Shown: piece by piece, positions 59,854-64,000 of the stretch | Layout: each line of letters starts with the position of its first letter | How positions within the stretch are numbered: position 1 is the first letter of the stretch | Source: Eledone cirrhosa | Taxonomy: Eukaryota | DNA length: 64,000 nt | Assembly (NCBI GenBank): GCA_964016885.1 | Contig: OZ024762.1 | Location: forward strand, 26,784,001-26,848,000 | Direction: 5' to 3' | The notes under the pieces: model-generated | Database searches by the model: none | What the model saw: the letters and a program-made list of their open reading frames with translations, nothing else | What the model was told of the DNA's origin: nothing | Program-made: the position numbers and the translations under genes

Positions 59854-59909
59854 ACTGCCTGATGAGGTCATAGCCATTCAATGGCTATCATCGAAATATA
59901 TATAACAGT
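59854..59909 (+). ncRNA. Type I hammerhead (opposite arm)
   Basis: ACTGC-CTGATGA-..ATAGCCAT tca ATGGCTAT..-GAAA-TATATA-TA-ACAGT. Confidence 0.8.
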
Positions 59910-60040
59910 AAATAAAGGATTATGAGTTCATGCAATTGACTTATGTTTCGTCACTATTATAACTCCGGAACTTATATCTTAGTTGAGTGCTCCCTATCTG
60001 CATACTGAAGTACTGGATTTTACCAACACTTACTTTCTTG

Positions 60041-60163
<123 letters not shown>

Positions 60164-60510
60164 GAAAGTTAGAGTTAATAACTCTTACTGAAACCCTGTA
60201 ATCAATAAGCTCCAAGCATAAATACTGAGCATTATAAGTTAACCATGAAGCAGACAGAATGATAAAATAAAATAAAATGATATTATACAAACCGCCTCAA
60301 TAACAATTACATCTCTCAGTAAGAGTTATTAACTCTAACTTTCATTTATATTTCGGCTCCCTCATGAGGTGAGCTTATTAAGTTGCGTGTGTTGGACTGT
60401 TGTTTCTAACCAATACACTCATACCACTTTTGACTTACGGCGCACGAGGTGATAAATTCATCTTTCTGTGTGAACGTTGGTTCTAGTTGTTTGTCGCATT
60501 TAATCAGATT

Positions 60511-60588
60511 CTCTCGCTGATGATGCCCAGGATTATCTGTTACAAACACACTCAGGGCGAAACAGATTATCCTTAATCTGTCCGAGAG
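60511..60588 (+). ncRNA. Canonical full type I hammerhead ribozyme
   Basis: CTCTCG-CTGATGA-t-GCCC..GGGC-GAAA-CAGATTA tcct TAATCTG-TC-CGAGAG. All three stems are perfect and the site is GUC. Confidence 0.9.
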
Positions 60589-60732
60589 TTGCAATTGTTA
60601 TTGAGGCGGTTTGAATAATATAATTTTATTTTATTTTATCATTCTGTCTGCTTCATGGTTAAATATTTCAAACAAATGTGGTTTTTCAACCCTCGTAATA
60701 TTAGACACACGGTTTACTGTGTTTCTTACTAC

Positions 60733-60811
<79 letters not shown>

Positions 60812-61239
60812 TTAATAGATGGAAGGGGACACAGATTTCTGAACACTAATAATTTATGGGTTATCAACAAATCTGAAAATAAACACGTAAGTAGAAGTGG
60901 CGATATAAAGTATATAGAAACGTCGGAAATTACGTATATTATTAGTATTTAATATTTGAAAAATGAGAAGAAAAATTTATATCTAAACACATGATGGATT
61001 GGAAGAGAATTTCTCCCCATAATTACATTGGACAACAATACAAATATTCATACATTGACCAGAGACATTTATAGGAGAAATTTGGGGTAAAAGAGTATAG
61101 TGTGTTGTATATAGGAAACATCAATATTTTAAAAACTGAAAGTTCTAAATTTGGTTTTGGTGTTGGATGTAAAACGAAGAACAATATATTTGAGTGGTGT
61201 TTTTAATAAGGACAACACTGCTTCCATCTGTTTCGTAGG

Positions 61240-61306
<67 letters not shown>

Positions 61307-61526
61307 TCAATACTTATCTGTTTCCATTTCGTAGAGTGTTCTAAGGTTCTAAACGCCACTGTCAGGCTAAAACTTCTTCAGTCAAAAAGTACGGCGCAAG
61401 CTTATATATATGAATGTATATTTGCAATATACCATGTTTAATTAACAACATTTAGAAGACCATATACTATCAGTTTTAAAGTAGTGACTATGTCACTTAC
61501 TTCTTTTCGGCGAAAGAAGGGAGAGA

Positions 61527-61568
61527 AGCTGACAGGCTGTTTCACGCTGGTTGAAGCTCATCAGAGTC
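61527..61568 (-). ncRNA. Type I hammerhead (family of 15250)
   Basis: Minus strand: CT-CTGATGA-GCT tcaacc AGCgt-GAAA-CAGcCTG-TC-AG. Confidence 0.7.
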
Positions 61569-61638
61569 ACGTATACCCCTGCTTCCGCCGAAAATTGTAG
61601 AAGTGGGATACTCATAGAATTCCAGTAATATTAAGGAG

Positions 61639-61708
<70 letters not shown>

Positions 61709-62144
61709 AAGTAGAAATGGATTGACATATATATATATATATAAAATAAACATATGAAACAATCTCAGGGAATAATTTGTAAAGTGTGTAAGCACACATA
61801 GCTAGGTAGGTAACTAATTAAAGTTTAACTAGAACTTCAAATATAAATACCTTTGAAAATGATTAATCTCCTTTGTATATATTTCTTTAAATAAAAAATA
61901 TATTTCACCAATTAACCAGTAAATCACAGCAGGCAAATCCTGGATGGTCACCAAAGGAGAAGATCCACAGCAAGGAGAAGATCCACAGCAAATGCAAATC
62001 TGTGAATGACTCGAACCACGTGTTGCATTTTATAAAAAATACAGACATCGCACGGCGTCATCCCAGTGGCGTGAACAGGATTATCGACAGCTAGAAATAG
62101 CAGCCGAGTCCATTCAACTGAATTAGCTCTACAATCAAGGGGCC

Positions 62145-62220
<76 letters not shown>

Positions 62221-62350
62221 TTGTTTCATGTTTATTTTATATATATATGTGTCAATATATTTCTAGTTGATATAAAATATTCTTTGAGCTTATTCTTGCA
62301 GTGAATATGGTGCATGTCTCTCAGACATGACAACCTTAATATATTTTTGG

Positions 62351-62385
<35 letters not shown>

Positions 62386-62627
62386 GGCAAAATGATTAAT
62401 GAAAGAGTTACAAGCCGTTAAAAAATATGTATATAAAGCTCTTACATATGTTTCTCCCAGTGTGAGTTTGAAGGCCTAGAAAGGTAAAGTCACTTTAGAT
62501 GGAATTTGTATAATTATATGATCAGTTGTCTAAGAAATGACTTTACCTTTCTAGGCCTTGAAACTCACACAGAACTTGCCACTTTGCACTAGTTAAACTT
62601 GTGTAAAGTCTTTAATGACTTTACTAA

Positions 62628-62722
62628 TAACTGTTTCTACTTTAGGCACAAGGCCAGCAATAAATCAGTGCACTACTGGTACTTTATTTTATCGACCCCG
62701 TAAGGATGAAAGGCGACGTCAA
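62628..62722 (-). mobile_element. SINE fragment
   Basis: Tail and central domain of the window's SINE family. Confidence 0.75.
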
Positions 62723-63034
62723 TCTCTAACACCGTATAACACAAATTCTTTTTCTCTGTTCCTGGCTTGTAATCACTTTTTTGTGTTGCTTAGGTCCCAA
62801 ATAAATAAATAAAAAAGTACTATTAAACAGTTAAAAGTTTGGGTTTGTAAAAATTCTAAGTTATTCATTAGAATTATTTGTATGCTGGATTTTACGTTGT
62901 ATGTAAGTTTAATTTGCTTATGTTAAATGATTTGTTTATATATGTTTCAGGTTAAATTAAAATTATAAAATAAAGAATAATAAATGTGCAATAAAGTATA
63001 AAATTGTTAAAAAGTGGATTAAAGAGATTTATTG

Positions 63035-64000
63035 ATACTGGGCTTCCCGAAAATGTTCCTCACTTCCCAAACCAAAAAGAAGTCAATGACTTGGTCAGGG
63101 ATATGGGTCTGACCAAGTCCAATGCAGAGCTATTCGTCTCCAGGATGAAGCAGTGGAACTTGGTCAAGGAGGAAGTGCAGGTGACAAGTCAGAGAAGTCG
63201 ACACGAACCTTTCTCAGGCTTTTACACTCTTATGGATGGCCTATGCTTCTGCCATGACGTGCCTGGACTGTTTGACGTTATTGGGTGCCGTTTGTGCCGA
63301 AGGAGTGGCGGCTATTTATAGACAGCTCCACCACAAGTTTGCAGCCTGTCCTCCTCGACAATGGAAACAAGTTCCCGACACTGCCCCTAGCTCATTCTGC
63401 CTGCCTGAAGGAAGATTACTACAGTGTGAAAGTCCTCTTGGAAGCTCTGCAATATAACCAGTACAATTGGGAAATCATTGGAGACTTCAAGATGGTGGCT
63501 TTCCTGCTTGGACTCCAAGGAGACTTTATCAAATTCCAATGCTTCCTCTGCCTTTGGGACAACAGAGCCACCTCTGACCACTACAAAAGAAAGAACTAGG
63601 AGCAGCGAACAGAATTTGTAGTTGGGACCCGGAACGTCATGTGGGAGCCACTGGTTGATCCCAGGATTGTGCTCATGCCGCCACTGCACATTAAGTTGGG
63701 GTTGATGAAAGTTTGTGAAGGCTCTCAACCAAGAATCAGCCGCTTTTAAGTACCTTCTTGAGTTCTTCCCCAAGTTGTCTGAGTCCAAAATCAAAGATGG
63801 AATTCTTGTTGGACCTCAGATAAAGAAGGTGTTTGAGTCTACCGAGTTCTCCAATAAGCTCAATAGGATTGAGAGAACAGCATGGAACTGTTTCAAAGCA
63901 GTTGTTAAGGGCTTCCTGGGCAACTACAGAGCTGAAAACTACCAGCAATTGGTGCAGGATCTGAGAAAGGCTTTTGGCGCCATGGGATGCAGGATGTTGC
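63035..64000 (+). mobile_element. Chapaev3-like (CMC) DNA transposase remnant, continues beyond the window
   Basis: LVRDMGLTKSNAEL, WRLFIDSS..LLDNGN, GDFKMVAFLLGLQ, CFLCLWD, PPLHIKLGLMK, GPQI, FLGNY; frameshifts and a stop. The family name is assigned from motif recall. Confidence 0.7.

Overview
AT-rich eukaryotic repeat-dense DNA with no recognisable host gene. The SINE family and very long (TA)n/(CA)n/(GA)n tracts suggest a cephalopod (octopus-like) genome, which is an inference. Most short ORFs in the track are microsatellite artefacts. The real coding remnants are all transposon-derived: several decayed Penelope-like elements (PLEs, mostly Naiad-type, RT plus C-terminal GIY-YIG), RTE, CR1-like and R4/Dong-like LINE fragments, a near-intact 5'-truncated L1/Tx1 element, non-autonomous Helitrons, tRNA-type SINEs and a Chapaev3-like transposase. 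The main signal is non-coding. Reading both strands by eye gives about 35-40 type I hammerhead ribozyme (HHR) motifs, roughly one per 2 kb, ranging from intact to degenerate. They lie in PLE terminal repeats and in many 0.3-1.1 kb ORF-less, terminally redundant or fold-back mini-elements inserted into (TA)n, which resemble retrozymes. Recurrent non-canonical cores (CCGANGA; U3:A8 TTGANAA) and a shared downstream TTGAGYRC motif also occur. All structures were assigned by eye and coordinates are approximate to a few bases.
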